From Octopus bimaculoides (taxonomy: Eukaryota), in NCBI RefSeq assembly GCF_001194135.2, contig NC_068984.1:146450097-146514096 (forward strand): a DNA stretch of 64,000 bases, in the 5' to 3' direction. Of the stretch, positions 1-12,770 are shown piece by piece. A program made the translations under genes and the position numbers. The notes beneath the pieces were generated by a model. It had not been told where the DNA came from and made no database searches. It was given only the letters and a program-made list of their open reading frames with translations. Numbering within the stretch: position 1 is the stretch's first letter; every line of letters starts with the position of its first letter.

Positions 1-1001
1 CTACAACCAGCAGTTAAATCTTCTAGGCATCACACTTTAGCATCATTAAAAAAAAAAACAAAGAAAAAAAAAACACAACACATTGAATATTATTATTATT
101 CAGGTCACTGCCTGGAATCGAACTCGGAATCTTGGGGTTAGTAGCCCGCACTCTTAACCCCAAGATTCCGAGTTCGATTCCAGGCAGTGACCTGAATAAT
201 AATAATAATAATAATAATAACAACAACAACACTGAATATAATTTAGAATTGCTCGATCAGAGCTGACCTGTTACTAAACAATAATTGTGTCTTTGAGTTT
301 ATTTGTGTATTCTAGGAAATGACATGCAATAATTCTATGAAGACCTTCCATTAGTAGATGGTCGCACAAATAATTTTTTAAAATTCTGCCAGAGTATGAC
401 AAAGACATTGTAAGGGAAAGATATCTGTCATTGAAATACTCCAAACCAAACTAAACTTAGCCATACAAAAAATAAGCACATCAGAATTGATAAGCGTCAG
501 TTTAAAATGTCAGAGCATAAAGCTTATTTAGTTTGACAAAGATACCCTTTTTTACATGTCTCAAGTTGTTGAAATATAAAATAATTAAATGATTAAATAA
601 AGTAACTAACATGCAGTCAGAATTAACTCTTATACTTCTAATTTATAAGCTACCAATCAAACAATAGCGGTGAGCATCACTTCTGTCTCAGACATTACTC
701 CATCATTCACTGGAAGAATTACTGTTAAATGCTTTATAGGCAATGGAAGGATATGTCAGGCCCTGGATACAATTTTAACTGAAGATATTTTCTCTTTCTT
801 TCTTTCTTTCTCTCTCTCTCTCTCTCCACACACACACACACACACAAATATAAAAGCAACTGAAACAAAGAACAGCAACAGGCAAGAAGAGTTTTAATGC
901 TTCTGTAGTGCTTACAGCTGTTTCATAACCTACTCAGAATTACACCATAACCTTCAATGCGTATATATAAACCATTCTTTCTACAACAGAGAATCTCTTA
1001 C

Positions 1002-1211
1002 CTGGACTTCAGTTTCAAGCTTCAGTTTCACTTTTTGGTACTCTTCAGCATCTTGGATCCGAACTTGGTGGATTAATTCTTCATATTCTCCAATACGTTT
1101 CTGACTAATTTCCAGATATTCCAGTTCTTTGTCTCGACGTTTTTTCATCTTCTTGTCCCATTTCTGGCGGTGCATTTTCATAATCTCCTCCCGTTCTCTT
1201 AAGTAGACTCT
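1002..1211 (-). CDS. DRC1: DRC1 coding exon 7 (gene continues beyond the window start)
   Basis: 210 nt; RVYLREREEIMKMHRQKWD...KELEYL...DAEEYQKVKLKLETEVQ matches DRC1 KELEYL...DCEEYNMIKIKLEQDVQ; donor CAG|GTAAGA; no further exon recognised in 1-1000. Confidence 0.93.
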
Positions 1212-2067
1212 CTAAATCCAAATAAATAAAATATTGTTACCTTTTTTTTTTCGGTGTAAGGTCCTTGTCTCCCCATTTCTAATCCCCTGTCCCTTTGCAC
1301 TTGCACCCTTATCCACCTACATTTTCTGATTCCTATGCATCATCATTTAGCACCCTTGTTCAATACTTATTTCTTTATTGCGCACAAGGAGCTAAACATA
1401 GAGGGGACAAACAAGCACAGACAAAGGGATGAAGTCGATTAGATTGACCCCAGTGCATAACTGGTACTTAATTTATCGACCCCAAAAGGCAAAGTCGACC
1501 TTGGCGGAATTTGAACTCAGAACGTAGCAGTAGATGAAATACTGCTAAGCCTTTTTGCCTGGCGTGTTAACCATTCTGCCAGCTGGCTGTCTTGTTCCAC
1601 ACTGGCAGGAGTTGGATGTTTTGATGGATCCAATGTATCTATGGACTGTATTGATCTCCAAAGTCTACCTTGGCATGGTTTCTATGGCTGGATGCCTTAC
1701 CTGATGCCAACCCTTGATAGCATGAACTGAATGCTTCTATGTGGCACTACGTCACCATGCAGTTCACATCTCCTCCTGTACTTTGAGGCTGTGCCATAAC
1801 CCCTTTTCCCCTTTTTCCAGGTGGGATACTCATATACATCCTCCACAGTAAGACCCCTGTTCCTGTTTCCCTATAATAGTTTATTTTATCCTCACCTGGT
1901 ACAAAGCCGTTGCTATCTCTACTACACCCTCCACTCAGTCAAGAGGGTTTGTCTTCCGAGTTATTTGGTGACCTCACCAGTGTTGGTGTCAGAACTAAAC
2001 CATCCATTTACACTCTGTAGAGTGGTTGGTTCCAGGAAAGGCATTTGCAGCCATAGAAACCATGTCA

Positions 2068-2505
<438 letters not shown>

Positions 2506-2641
2506 TTATAAAGATTCCTATCTTCAATTGTGAATACGAAATTTCACCCCATGTAGAAAGAATTTTGAAATGGTGTTACTCCCAAACAAATCCTTAGAAA
2601 TGGAACAGGATTTGTTTCTCAAAGAAAAACTTGTTTCTTAC

Positions 2642-2716
2642 CACCTGGAAGTCACTGATCAGTTTATTTTTTTCTTCCAATAAAACATCACATGCCTTCT
2701 TCTGTTCTTCTAGAGC
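2642..2716 (-). CDS. DRC1: DRC1 coding exon 5
   Basis: 75 nt; ALEEQKKACDVLLEEKNKLISDFQV vs [25 protein letters not shown]; CCAG| acceptor and GTG|GTAAGA donor. Confidence 0.9.
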
Positions 2717-3492
2717 CTGGATGAAAAGGAGAAACAAAAGAAGATGTAGATATAGTTACATGCTTGTATCACCACAGCTGCAATCATCATCATCATCACC
2801 ACAACCACAATCATCATCATCATCATCACCACTTTTCATCTTTGTCCTCCTTGTCATTCCTATTTCCTTCCCCCTCTTTATAATCATCATCATCACCATC
2901 TTTAACATGACAATAGTGTGTACATGATGGTCTTGGTGGGGGGGGGGGCAATTCACAGTTGTCCAACCAAACAAAATCATACGAGTGAGGTTGAAAAGCT
3001 GCAGATGTTAAACACAAAGCCCATGGTTGGCGTATGAGTAATAGGATAATCACCATGATGATGGTAATGTTGATGATGATGATGACAATGATCAGTTGGG
3101 TTGACCTGTGCCTAAAAAAGCCAGTCTGGGCAAGGTTCTTTTTTTAGTAAAAATTACCATTTATTAAGTGAAGCTGTATGACCTAATGGTTAGGATACTG
3201 TACTTCCAGCCATAAGAACGTGGTTCTGATTTCCAAACCAGGCTGTGCATTGCATCCTTGAGCAAAACACTTCATTTGAATCTGGCTCCAGGCCATTCAG
3301 TAACTCTGTGATGTCCCAGACTCATGTCCCACTTAGGGGAGTGCTGTGGTCTCAGTCACTTAAACACCATGGAAAGCAGCCTATAAAGCTCAATGTTTGA
3401 AGGCAGAATTAACATTTAATTAATAGTTTGATAAAGCACATTAATTAATGAGAAAGAAAGAAAAAAAAAGAAGAAGAAGAGAAGAAGATTAC

Positions 3493-3549
3493 CTCAAAGA
3501 GCGAATGAGGGACGTCCTTTTGCATTGCTATCTCCCATTTTTTGTTGAT
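3493..3549 (-). CDS. DRC1: DRC1 coding exon 4
   Basis: 57 nt; INKKWEIAMQKDVPHSLFE vs ITSKWEEGKQKRIPQELWE; AG| acceptor and GAG|GTAATC donor. Confidence 0.85.
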
Positions 3550-4041
3550 CTTATTCAATTCAGAAACATTATTTCATATGGAAATGAAATTAAAATTAAA
3601 ATATTAGCATCAAAGAAAAATAACAATTCTTTTAAACAAGAAAGAAATCCAAAGAATTTAAACTTTTTTCTGGCAGAAGACTTAGAAGAAGACCAAGAAT
3701 GAGATGGTTGGATAATATCCATAATTTCAGTTGGTTGGTCATGGTTGGGAATCCAGCAGGAAAGTGTAATGACGGTTGCTTCTGACAGGAGACTATGGTG
3801 GAGGTGCATAATGACTCTAACCCCACAACTTTCCAAGCAATAGGGGTCAAAGAAAAGCTTAGATGGATGGACAAACATCGTGTGACAGTTATAAGCAAGT
3901 GTTACAGTCATAAAAGGGGATGTCCTTCATTTCCTATCTTCCAAGGAAGCATGTCCAGGCTTGGGGAATATTACTTTGCTTGGAAATAGGTGAAGGTTGG
4001 CAACAGAAAAGGCAGACAGCCATGGAATAAAATGATGATGA

Positions 4042-4076
<35 letters not shown>

Positions 4077-4455
4077 CACATATTATATTTATAGATAAAT
4101 TCATATATATCATCATCATTATCGTTTAACGTCCACTTTCCATGCTAGCATGGATTGGACGATTTGACTGAGGACTGGTGAAACCAGATGGCTACACCAG
4201 GCTCCAATCTGATTTGATAGAGTTTCTNNNNNNNNNNGATGGCTACACCAGGCTCCAATCTGATTTGATAGAGTTTCTACAGCTGGATGCCCTTCCTAAC
4301 GCCAACCACTCTGAGAGTGTAGTGGGTGCTTTTACGTGTCACTGACACAAGGGCCAGTCAGGCGATACTGGCAACGGCCACGCTCAAATGGTGCTTTTTA
4401 CGTGCCACCTGCACAGGAGCCAGTCCAGCGGCACTGGCAACNNNNNNNNNNTATA

Positions 4456-4495
<40 letters not shown>

Positions 4496-4850
4496 CACAC
4501 ATACATACATACACACGCATACACATACATACAATAGGCTTCTGCACAGTTTCTGTCTACTCACAAGGCACCAGTTGGCCCATGGTTATAGTACAAGTCA
4601 CTTGGCCAAGGTGCTGTGTAATGGGACTGAACCTGAAACTACATAGTTGCAAAGCAAGTTTCTTAACCACACAGCCATCTCTGCGCAGAAAGATTAGTAC
4701 CAAAAGTTAAATTGTTCTAAATATGGCATAAGTTTAGGGTTTCTTACTGATCCAAGGAATTTTGAACACTTCTAACAATGTTTTTTTTTTCTTTTATCCA
4801 TTTTAAAGCCTGGATTAGTTTCTTACAACAAGAATATCACAATCTCTCAC

Positions 4851-4902
4851 CTCTTCAAATCTTTCAGCTGAAGTTTTAGCTTCATGTTCCATTCTTTCTT
4901 TT
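4851..4902 (-). CDS. DRC1: DRC1 coding exon 3
   Basis: TTGCAG| acceptor and GAG|GTGAGA donor; KERMEHEAKTSAERFEE vs DRC1 IEKLENEVKTSQDKFDE; phase 2-0. Confidence 0.88.
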
Positions 4903-5324
4903 CTGCAACAAGAATTAAAGAAAAAATAATAATTAAATGACAATTAAGACTAATAACAATGTTTAATGAATGTTTCAAGTCAAGTTAAATTATTCCTATA
5001 GCATCTTTGTTGTTGGGGCACAGGAAATTTTTTATCAATTTTTTTTTCTACCTCTTTCAGTCTTGAGCTTTCTCTTCAAGCTGGCCAGATCTGATCTCTC
5101 ACACCTATCCTACAATGTCATTCTAAAAATAAAGAATCACATCATAGAAATCTTGAAACTAAGAGATAATGCATGATTAATTTAAATTAACGAGACTAAA
5201 TAAGCATTAAATCTGAGTAACCATTCTCATCATTTAACCTCCATTTGTCTATGTTTGTCTGGGTTGGAGAGTATTTTTGGTGCAGATTTTTTATAGCCAG
5301 ATGCCTTCTTGTCACCAACCTTAC

Positions 5325-5528
5325 CTTAATCGTGAAGATTCCTCATACTGTATTCTTCGTTGACTCTCCCGAGAATCTCCTGCCGTGTGGATGTTAGTCA
5401 CCAACTGTGAGCCATCACATTCCAATTTCTTTAATCGTTGACGACTCATTTCAATCTGCTGTACAGCTTTACTCATTTCCTCTTTGACATCTGTTGGAGG
5501 GGGTTCAACCTCATCTCCTTTTTTTGTA
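5325..5528 (-). CDS. DRC1: DRC1 coding exon 2
   Basis: TTACCAG| acceptor and AG|GTAAGG donor; 204 nt, phase 2-2; SRQRLKKLECDGSQLVTNIHTAGDSRESQRR resembles DRC1 [31 protein letters not shown]. Confidence 0.92.
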
Positions 5529-6322
5529 CTGGTAACGAAAAATAAAAAAAACAGAGGGAAATTAAATATTGTAATGCATACCCTTCTCCCCCCACATACA
5601 TATATGTACACAAATATTAACCCTTTTATTTTTCATTGCATATTTGCCCCTCGCACATGTCAATCTTTACAAAATCTTTCATAATCTTTTTCTCATTTTT
5701 CATTGAAAGTTGCCATATATATTTTCATTTAATTTAGTTCAAGCATAAAGTGGCAAAATCTGGCAGAACCATTCCCACTCCAGGCAGTATGCTTCGTGAC
5801 ATTTCGCCCCATCTTTTTGTTCTGAGGTCAACTTTACCTTTCAGGGGGTGGGGGAGATAAAATAATTACCAGTTGAGCATGGGGGGTGGGGTCGATGTAA
5901 TCGACTTGTCCCTTCCCCAAAATTACTGTCCTTGTGCCCTAATTTGAAACCAGTTTAGTCCTAGTATATATGCCCCTGGAGTGAGGTACAATATACATAT
6001 GAAAAGGGGTGTTTTCCAGTAAATACTGGTTGTGTAATCCAGTTCACTGTCATTGAAAGGCACGGAATCTTCTGATATGTCTGCAATAAACTGAAGACTT
6101 TTATGAGGCTTGTTTAAGTTGTCATAATACTGGGTTTCTTCATAAATTCTAACTCTGTCATCGAGTGCTTGATATCATTCTAAATTTATTTACAGAGCGA
6201 ATGAGTGTTATTAAACGAATAAAGGATATAAAGGAAAATTAGGCGTAACATAGGAGAAAAATTAAACAAATTGGCCATCAAATGTGTAAATATTATTTAG
6301 TGAACAGCAAAAAAACATTCGA

Positions 6323-6366
<44 letters not shown>

Positions 6367-6388
6367 CTAGCAGTAAGACCATACATCG

Positions 6389-6466
<78 letters not shown>

Positions 6467-6472
<6 letters not shown>

Positions 6473-6680
6473 GCTGCATAGCCTCGTGGTTAGAGTGTTT
6501 CACTCCCAATTGCGAGATTGAGGGTTCGATTCCAGGACCAGGTGGTGCATTGTGTTCTTGAGAAAAACACTTCATTTCACGTTGCTCAAGTCCACTGGAA
6601 ATGGGTAACCCTACGACGGTTAGCCAAGACGAGGCAAAAAGCATTGTGATCGGCGATGTATAACAACATCCGATGGCCGA
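6467..6680 (+). mobile_element. tRNA-headed SINE (second family)
   Basis: GCCTCGTGGTTAGAG...GGGTTCGATTCC head and AAAACACTTCATTT body; copies at 3170-3380, 26395-26530 and 44000-44185 (-). Confidence 0.7.
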
Positions 6681-6846
6681 TTACATGATATACGTCTGTG
6701 TGTGTGTGAGTGCATTTTGTGTGTTCCGTTTAAAACGCAGCCTTTAATAATGTTCAATAACTTCACATAAATATTCGCGCACTAAGTCGATAGAAAGAGC
6801 TACGTTGCCGTAGTGTCTGTGATCACACACGCATTTCTGTTCATAC

Positions 6847-6995
6847 CGTTCTATTGTTCGTTCAATTCTTAATCTTCTGGCAAGTATCCTTTCTTCAGGG
6901 TCATCTGAATTGACATCGGGTTCGTACACAGGAAGTATTTCGCTATTATGCTTTTCCATCCCATACAGGGTGGATCCACCTGCTGTGGAATCCAT
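6847..6995 (-). CDS. DRC1: DRC1/CCDC164 dynein regulatory complex subunit 1, coding exon 1
   Basis: ATG at 6995; MDSTAGG...PDVNSDDPEERILARRLRIERTIER resembles the DRC1 N-terminus (SVHSDNSQERIQARRLRI); donor CG|GTATGA, phase 2, fits the next exon. Confidence 0.9.
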
Positions 6996-7019
6996 TTTGC
7001 CTCGGTTTATGCTTTCTCA

Positions 7020-7033
7020 GTTGGCATGGCAAC
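7020..7033. promoter_or_regulatory. RFX X-box upstream of DRC1
   Basis: GTTGGCATGGCAAC, one mismatch to the palindromic GTTGCCATGGCAAC, 25-38 bp upstream of the DRC1 ATG; ciliary genes are canonical RFX targets. Confidence 0.75.
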
Positions 7034-7216
7034 AGCTGAAGTTCGAAAATGACAAAACAATTAGGTCAAAATATATCAAACCAAATTATTTTTTAGAAAT
7101 AGCTACTAATTAATTAAAATAATTATAAAATACTTACCACACGTTGATGAACAAAAATAACTTTTTAAATACGAAAGCTAGTTAGAAATATATATTACCC
7201 ACAATTCACATCACAT

Positions 7217-7224
7217 TCCTTTCC
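7217..7224 (+). promoter_or_regulatory. TCT / 5'-TOP initiator of RPL11
   Basis: TCCTTTCC fits YYC(+1)TTTYY and lies 13-20 nt before the RPL11 ATG, as is typical of ribosomal protein genes. Confidence 0.7.
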
Positions 7225-7236
7225 GGTTTAAACAAA

Positions 7237-7242
7237 ATGACG
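7237..7242 (+). CDS. RPL11: RPL11 (uL5) coding exon 1 (ATG ACG)
   Basis: AAAATGACG|GTGAGT after a TCT motif; a 2-codon, phase-0 first exon as in vertebrate RPL11. Confidence 0.8.
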
Positions 7243-9550
7243 GTGAGTTGCTTTTAACATTTTTCTGTGTCAAATCTTTTTAATCCTTCCATTAAAACGT
7301 ATTCCTTCTCGATTTTATTTATTCTAAAATAAAATTACAGAAATATGTTTTACTTTCATGTAGATTTTAAAACATTATTTTAACTCTTTCTTTATAAATA
7401 AACAATTTTTCTGGCTCGTCTCTCCTCATGACTTGCGAAATACGTGTTTATCACGTTCTCCCAGGTTTTTCCTCTTTAAACCTTTTATAATTTAAAGGAA
7501 TTGGATTTTCTTTTTCTTTACATCAATGATATTTAATATGGGGCGATTTATTTTAGGTTATGAAATTACTTTACTCAACGCACTCCCAACAACTTTTCCT
7601 AAATTACAACATTCAAAGGAAATTTAATGATTTTCTTGAGGTCGTCGTCATAGTCATGACCACCACCACAGATTTTTCCTTTTTCTTCAATTTCACTGAA
7701 ATGTACAACAGTTTAATTATAATAATGCTTAATATAATCATAATTACACAATTAAGATTTGCTTCAAGCCTCCTCTCTTGTGACATAATTTGAGAAATCG
7801 CGGTAAAAGAACAATTCGTGGAATTAACCAAAATGATTGGAATCAATAATTTTTCTAAATTGTTTTAATTAAATCCCAGCAAAATAATTTGGCGGATCGT
7901 TAATAAGTTAGTCTTAGTTTTTTTATTCCTCAAACATTTCCATTTTTCATTTCTCCAACACGTGTTGTTCATAATTTTTATTTTATTTTATTTCTCGATT
8001 TTGTTTCCACCGCGTGTGGAATTCTGTATTTCCCATCCTTTTGTTAATTGGTATCAGGACTGTCTACCAATATTAATTATTTAGATTTCATTTACCCTAC
8101 CAAAAATGTTTGGTAGGGTGGTAAATTAGAGAAATGTGCTCCACCCCGACCAGCTTTGTTTCCTCATAACTTTCTGAAAAAGCAATATTTTTAAATGAAA
8201 TTTCTTAGAAAAAGTATACATTACGATTATATGAGAATATGTTTTGAAAAATGTTAATTCGGAGTTGTTGGAAGTGTGGCTGGGTCCCACTTGTGTAGTT
8301 ATGCCAATAGATTTATGGTCGAACCAGTTGAAGCCAAGGTGTTAAACATTTAAAATAATTTTATTAAAATCAGTTTAAAGTCCTCTGCTGTTTGCAATTT
8401 CAAGTGCACCTTTCAAGATTAAAAATATATAAATGCTTGACGGCATTTCTTCCGACTACACCTCAACATTGCTGACCCCTTTTCCAAAGTTTGAAGACTT
8501 ATCTTAACAAGTAATTAGTTAATATCTCTACGTCATTAGATTTACATTTCAAACGAATATGAGGTTTTTCATGCTGGCTCGGGTTGGACGGTTTGACTGG
8601 GCACTGGCAAGACAGTAAGCTGCGCCAAGTTCCAATCTGGTCTAGTAAGGTTTCTACAGCTGGATGCCCTTCCTAACGCCAACCACTCCGAGAGTGTAGT
8701 GGGTGCGTGCCACCGGCACAAGAACCAGTCAGGTGGCACTGGCATCGTTTTTTACATGCCACCAGCACAGGGGCCAGTCGGCGGGGCTGGCATCGACCGA
8801 AACGAACATTGAAATGTCTGTGTTGTCGATATTTTCTGTTTTTTATTTTATTGGTATTTGTTTTGTATTTTAAATATTTATGGTTTAGTGTTAAATGTCC
8901 ATTCNNNNNNNNNNNNNNNNNNNNNNNNNNNNNNNNNNNNNNNNNNNNNNNNNNNNNNNNNNNNNNNNNNNNNNNNNNNNNNNNNNNNNNNNNNNNNNNN
9001 NNNNNNNNNNNNNNNNNNNNNGTTCACTCAAATTTATAAATAGATTTAATCGGATTATTGTAAATTTTAAAATTTCTTTTTCGCGTGACCTCTTCATTGT
9101 GCATTTCAAAGGAGACGGCAAGACAAGTGTTGTTAATTTTATACCAGACCAGTTTTGTAGAGCAAGACCTAAATGATAAAAGTTATTCCAACGAACCATT
9201 TTTTATCATTATCTTCTTTTTAATCGAAATCGTAGTATTGAATTTATTATTTGAACAGATCTTTATTTTGGACTAAGTCACACGCCAGAATTTTCAGTTA
9301 AAATCGAGTTTAAAATAGTGCAACATTTACAGAATTATTTCGTGTTTGATTTTTATTTTGATGAAAATTCAAGTAGTCGATCTTGCACTTAGAAGCTTCC
9401 TACTCACTTTGTGGAACAAATACGTATCCGAAATTATAGCCGATATACGCCTGCCCCCACCCTTCAGTGTCGCCAATATAAAATGTTGCTAAAGATGGAA
9501 ACTATGAGTGATGTAAATGGTCCTTTCTTTTCTATAATTCACCCAATTAG

Positions 9551-9707
9551 GTCGACAAGGATGACAAACGAGCTAACAATCAAATGCGACAGCTCCGCAT
9601 CCAGAAATTATGCTTGAATATTTGTGTTGGAGAATCTGGTGATAGGCTCACTCGTGCTGCCAAGGTATTGGAGCAGCTCACAGGCCAGCAACCTGTATTT
9701 TCAAAAG
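9551..9707 (+). CDS. RPL11: RPL11 exon 2
   Basis: [52 protein letters not shown]; TAG| acceptor and G|GTAAGT donor. Confidence 0.97.
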
Positions 9708-10427
9708 GTAAGTAAAATTGTATCAACGTGACACTTGAAAAACGTTGAGGGATGATGTCACTAGTGGTGTTGGCTCTCACCATCATTGCTGCTTGCATGT
9801 GTTGGATGAAACAGGTTTTCTCTGGCTGGTTGCCAACCTTCAAAGTGAGGTAATCTTTCCCCATGACCAGACATGTCTTTGTAGAATATTGGAAGCGAAT
9901 GACATCCATTTACAAAAAGCACATGATATCAAGATAAGGCAGCACAAACATTCATAAATATATATATCATCATCTACTGTCCGTTCATGCTGGCAAACAG
10001 GAGCTGCACCAGACTCCAGTCTAATTGAGCATGGTTTCTACAGTTGGCTGCCCTTTCTAATGTCAATTGCTCCGAGAGTGTAATGGGTGTCTGCCACAAC
10101 TACGATTTCACTTGTCTTGATGGGTCTTCTACTCAAGCACTGCATATTGCCAAAAATCTTGGCCACCTGTCATTGGCTCAGGGCTATAGTTGACACTTAC
10201 CCAAAAGTGTCACAGTGAGACTGAACCTGCAGCCATAGGGTTGGCAGGCAAGCCTCTTAACCATGTAGCCACAACAGTGTCTATTTAGTCATGGTCTAAC
10301 TAGATAAATGAAATTATTCGATAACAGGTCCCCCCTCCCTTGTATTTTTTCCTCTCGACATGACTATCTTTTTTTTTTTTTTTTGTATTTGTATGCTTGT
10401 GCTAAAATGGCTACAATTTTTCTTTGA

Positions 10428-10565
<138 letters not shown>

Positions 10566-12106
10566 TAGCAGCACCATTTCAGGGTTTTGAGGAAGGTTAT
10601 AATTGCACAAGGGGCAGTAAATGGTCAGTCGTAGTTGCATGTCCTTATTTTCAATTGACTTGTTAATTAGTTTATGACTAAATGCAATTAGGTAAAGTTT
10701 TGCTCATATTAAAAGAAGCATCCATCTAAACTCTTCCAGGTAACTATTGGATCTAAACGGTTATATCTAAATGTGAGGTGAAAGTGCTAATGCTTTTACT
10801 TAAGTATTTTACCTCATCTCACAGGTGTTTTTCTGTGTTGGATTGACTGAGACAAACCTTCAGTTCTTTGAATTACAGTTATTTCTACAATGTTTGAGAC
10901 TCTTTGTAAATTGGTTGCATTAACATCAAAGTATAAATGGCACATGTTATTAGTAAGCCAGAATGGGATTCATGAGTTATTTCATTTCTTTCATAATTCA
11001 TATAGAAATTTAACTAGGATGCACATCGAAAAAGGGGCTAGTCTAGCTGGATGGGATATTATCGCAAAACCTGTGGAGAAGGTCATATATAATAGACAAT
11101 TCAGTGAAAGGGGTCACTGGGTTATGAAAGGTTGTCAACGATTTAGCATTCAGACAACTCTATCAAATGTATTTATTAACATTTTGAATTTTTATGTTAG
11201 GTGATCCTTTGAGAATGTCCTATGGGCGACAGTTTGCTTAGTCTGGTTGAGGGCAACAAGGCTATCATTCACTTGTTATTGGTATTATGTTCTGTTTAAT
11301 CACGACACAGAATCCTTTGTAGTTTTTATACCTTGAAGTTGGGAGATGGGGTGGGGTTTGTGCAAATATTTTATTATAGAAGATGCTAAAGTCGTTGGCA
11401 AAGTGGATCTTGGTTGGTCAACATGTCAGTTATATTTTGTTGGTTTCAAAGTTTTGTACTTGTAACCTTTGACCTTGGCATTAAACTCTGACTGAACAGA
11501 GCTACAATAAAAATCATTCTGACCATTAAATTGTCTTCATTCATAGAGTACGGAGAAGTACATTGTCTAATGTCCTTACTTTTCAGCATGTAATTGGATG
11601 GACATTTGGTTGGTATTTGATTGACCACGTAGATACTCTCTTGATTTTTTTTGGCATAAGTGATAGATTGTTTGTCCATGTGGGGACCTCTCTTGCGGGC
11701 TTGGTGGCATACAAGGGCTTTCATGTAGTGAACAGATTTATTGTTCAATTGTGTTGTAAGAATGGAATTCACCTTAGGTGCATGGGAACTGAGTACCCTC
11801 ACTTCTTTGTAGGTGCACGAGACACAAGAACCAAGTTAAGTCGTTTTTGATCAGGGTCCAGGTGGGGTGTTATTTTAGAGAATTCTTTTCATATTTTATA
11901 TGATGTATACTCCACACCATTTTTATGGGCCAGTAGAAAGTGGTTGCAAGAGTGGCTGTACATGTTAGATGCAGATTCGTATAGAAAACTTGAATCCGTG
12001 CAAGGGGCGTGAATATTGTCGTGGGCGAGGAAGCTTTCCATTTTGTCTGCTGCTGATTGTCTTGTATTGCAGGATTAATGTTGTTATTGGTTCTCTTCTT
12101 TTCCAG

Positions 12107-12254
12107 GTTAGAGAATATGAATTGAGAAAGTCCAATTTCTCTGAGACTGGCAATTTTGGGTTTGGTATTCAAGAACACATTGATTTAGGAATTAAGTATG
12201 ATCCCAACATTGGTATCTATGGCATGGATTTCTACATTGTTCTTGGCCGACCTG
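12107..12254 (+). CDS. RPL11: RPL11 exon 4
   Basis: [49 protein letters not shown]. Confidence 0.97.
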
Positions 12255-12579
12255 GTAAGTAGTTCTTTATAAAGTCATTGGAAAACCAATCCCAACATTG
12301 TTAAATTTTTCATCATTCTTCTTTGGATAAGTCACGCCATTTTATACTTGATCCTAACTTAAAAATTGGGGTACGACTTCTACAAGTTGTACTTTGTATT
12401 TTCAAAGGGCCAACCTTGTCACATTCGGTGTCATGCTGAATCTCCCTGAGAACTACGTTTAAGGTACACTTTGTCTGTGGAGTTCTCAGCCGCTTCTATG
12501 TTAATTTCACGAGCAAGCTGTTCTGTTGCTCGGATCAACTGGAGCACTTTGTCATCACAGAGTGCCAGTTTTTTTATTC

Positions 12580-12770
12580 TCGGTACGTAAAAGCACCCAC
12601 TACACTCTCTGAGTGGTTGGCGTTAGGAAGGGCATCCAGCTGTAGAAACTCTGCCAAATCAGACTGGAGCCTGGTGTTGCCATCCGGTTTCACCAGTCCT
12701 CAGTCAAATCGTCCAACCCATGCTAGCATGGAAAGCGGACGTTAAACGATGATGATGATGATGATGATGA
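12580..12770 (+). mobile_element. SINE-like repeat with (GAT)n tail in RPL11 intron 4
   Basis: Reverse complement of the 19478 and 8565 copies; ends GGACGTTAAAC(GAT)n. Confidence 0.8.

Noticed and set aside
4190-4270. Tandem duplications flanking 10-N gaps (also near 60720-60800)
   Set aside because: Typical contig-overlap assembly artefacts
6467-6545. tRNA-like heads
   Set aside because: They continue into SINE bodies and have no intact cloverleaf; no true tRNA, rRNA or CRISPR array was found in the window
9745-9890. Structured segment ending ACCAG-ACA in RPL11 intron 2
   Set aside because: No ANANNA hinge, only a 2-nt left pocket, and no target with a U at the right position; it cannot be called H/ACA or C/D
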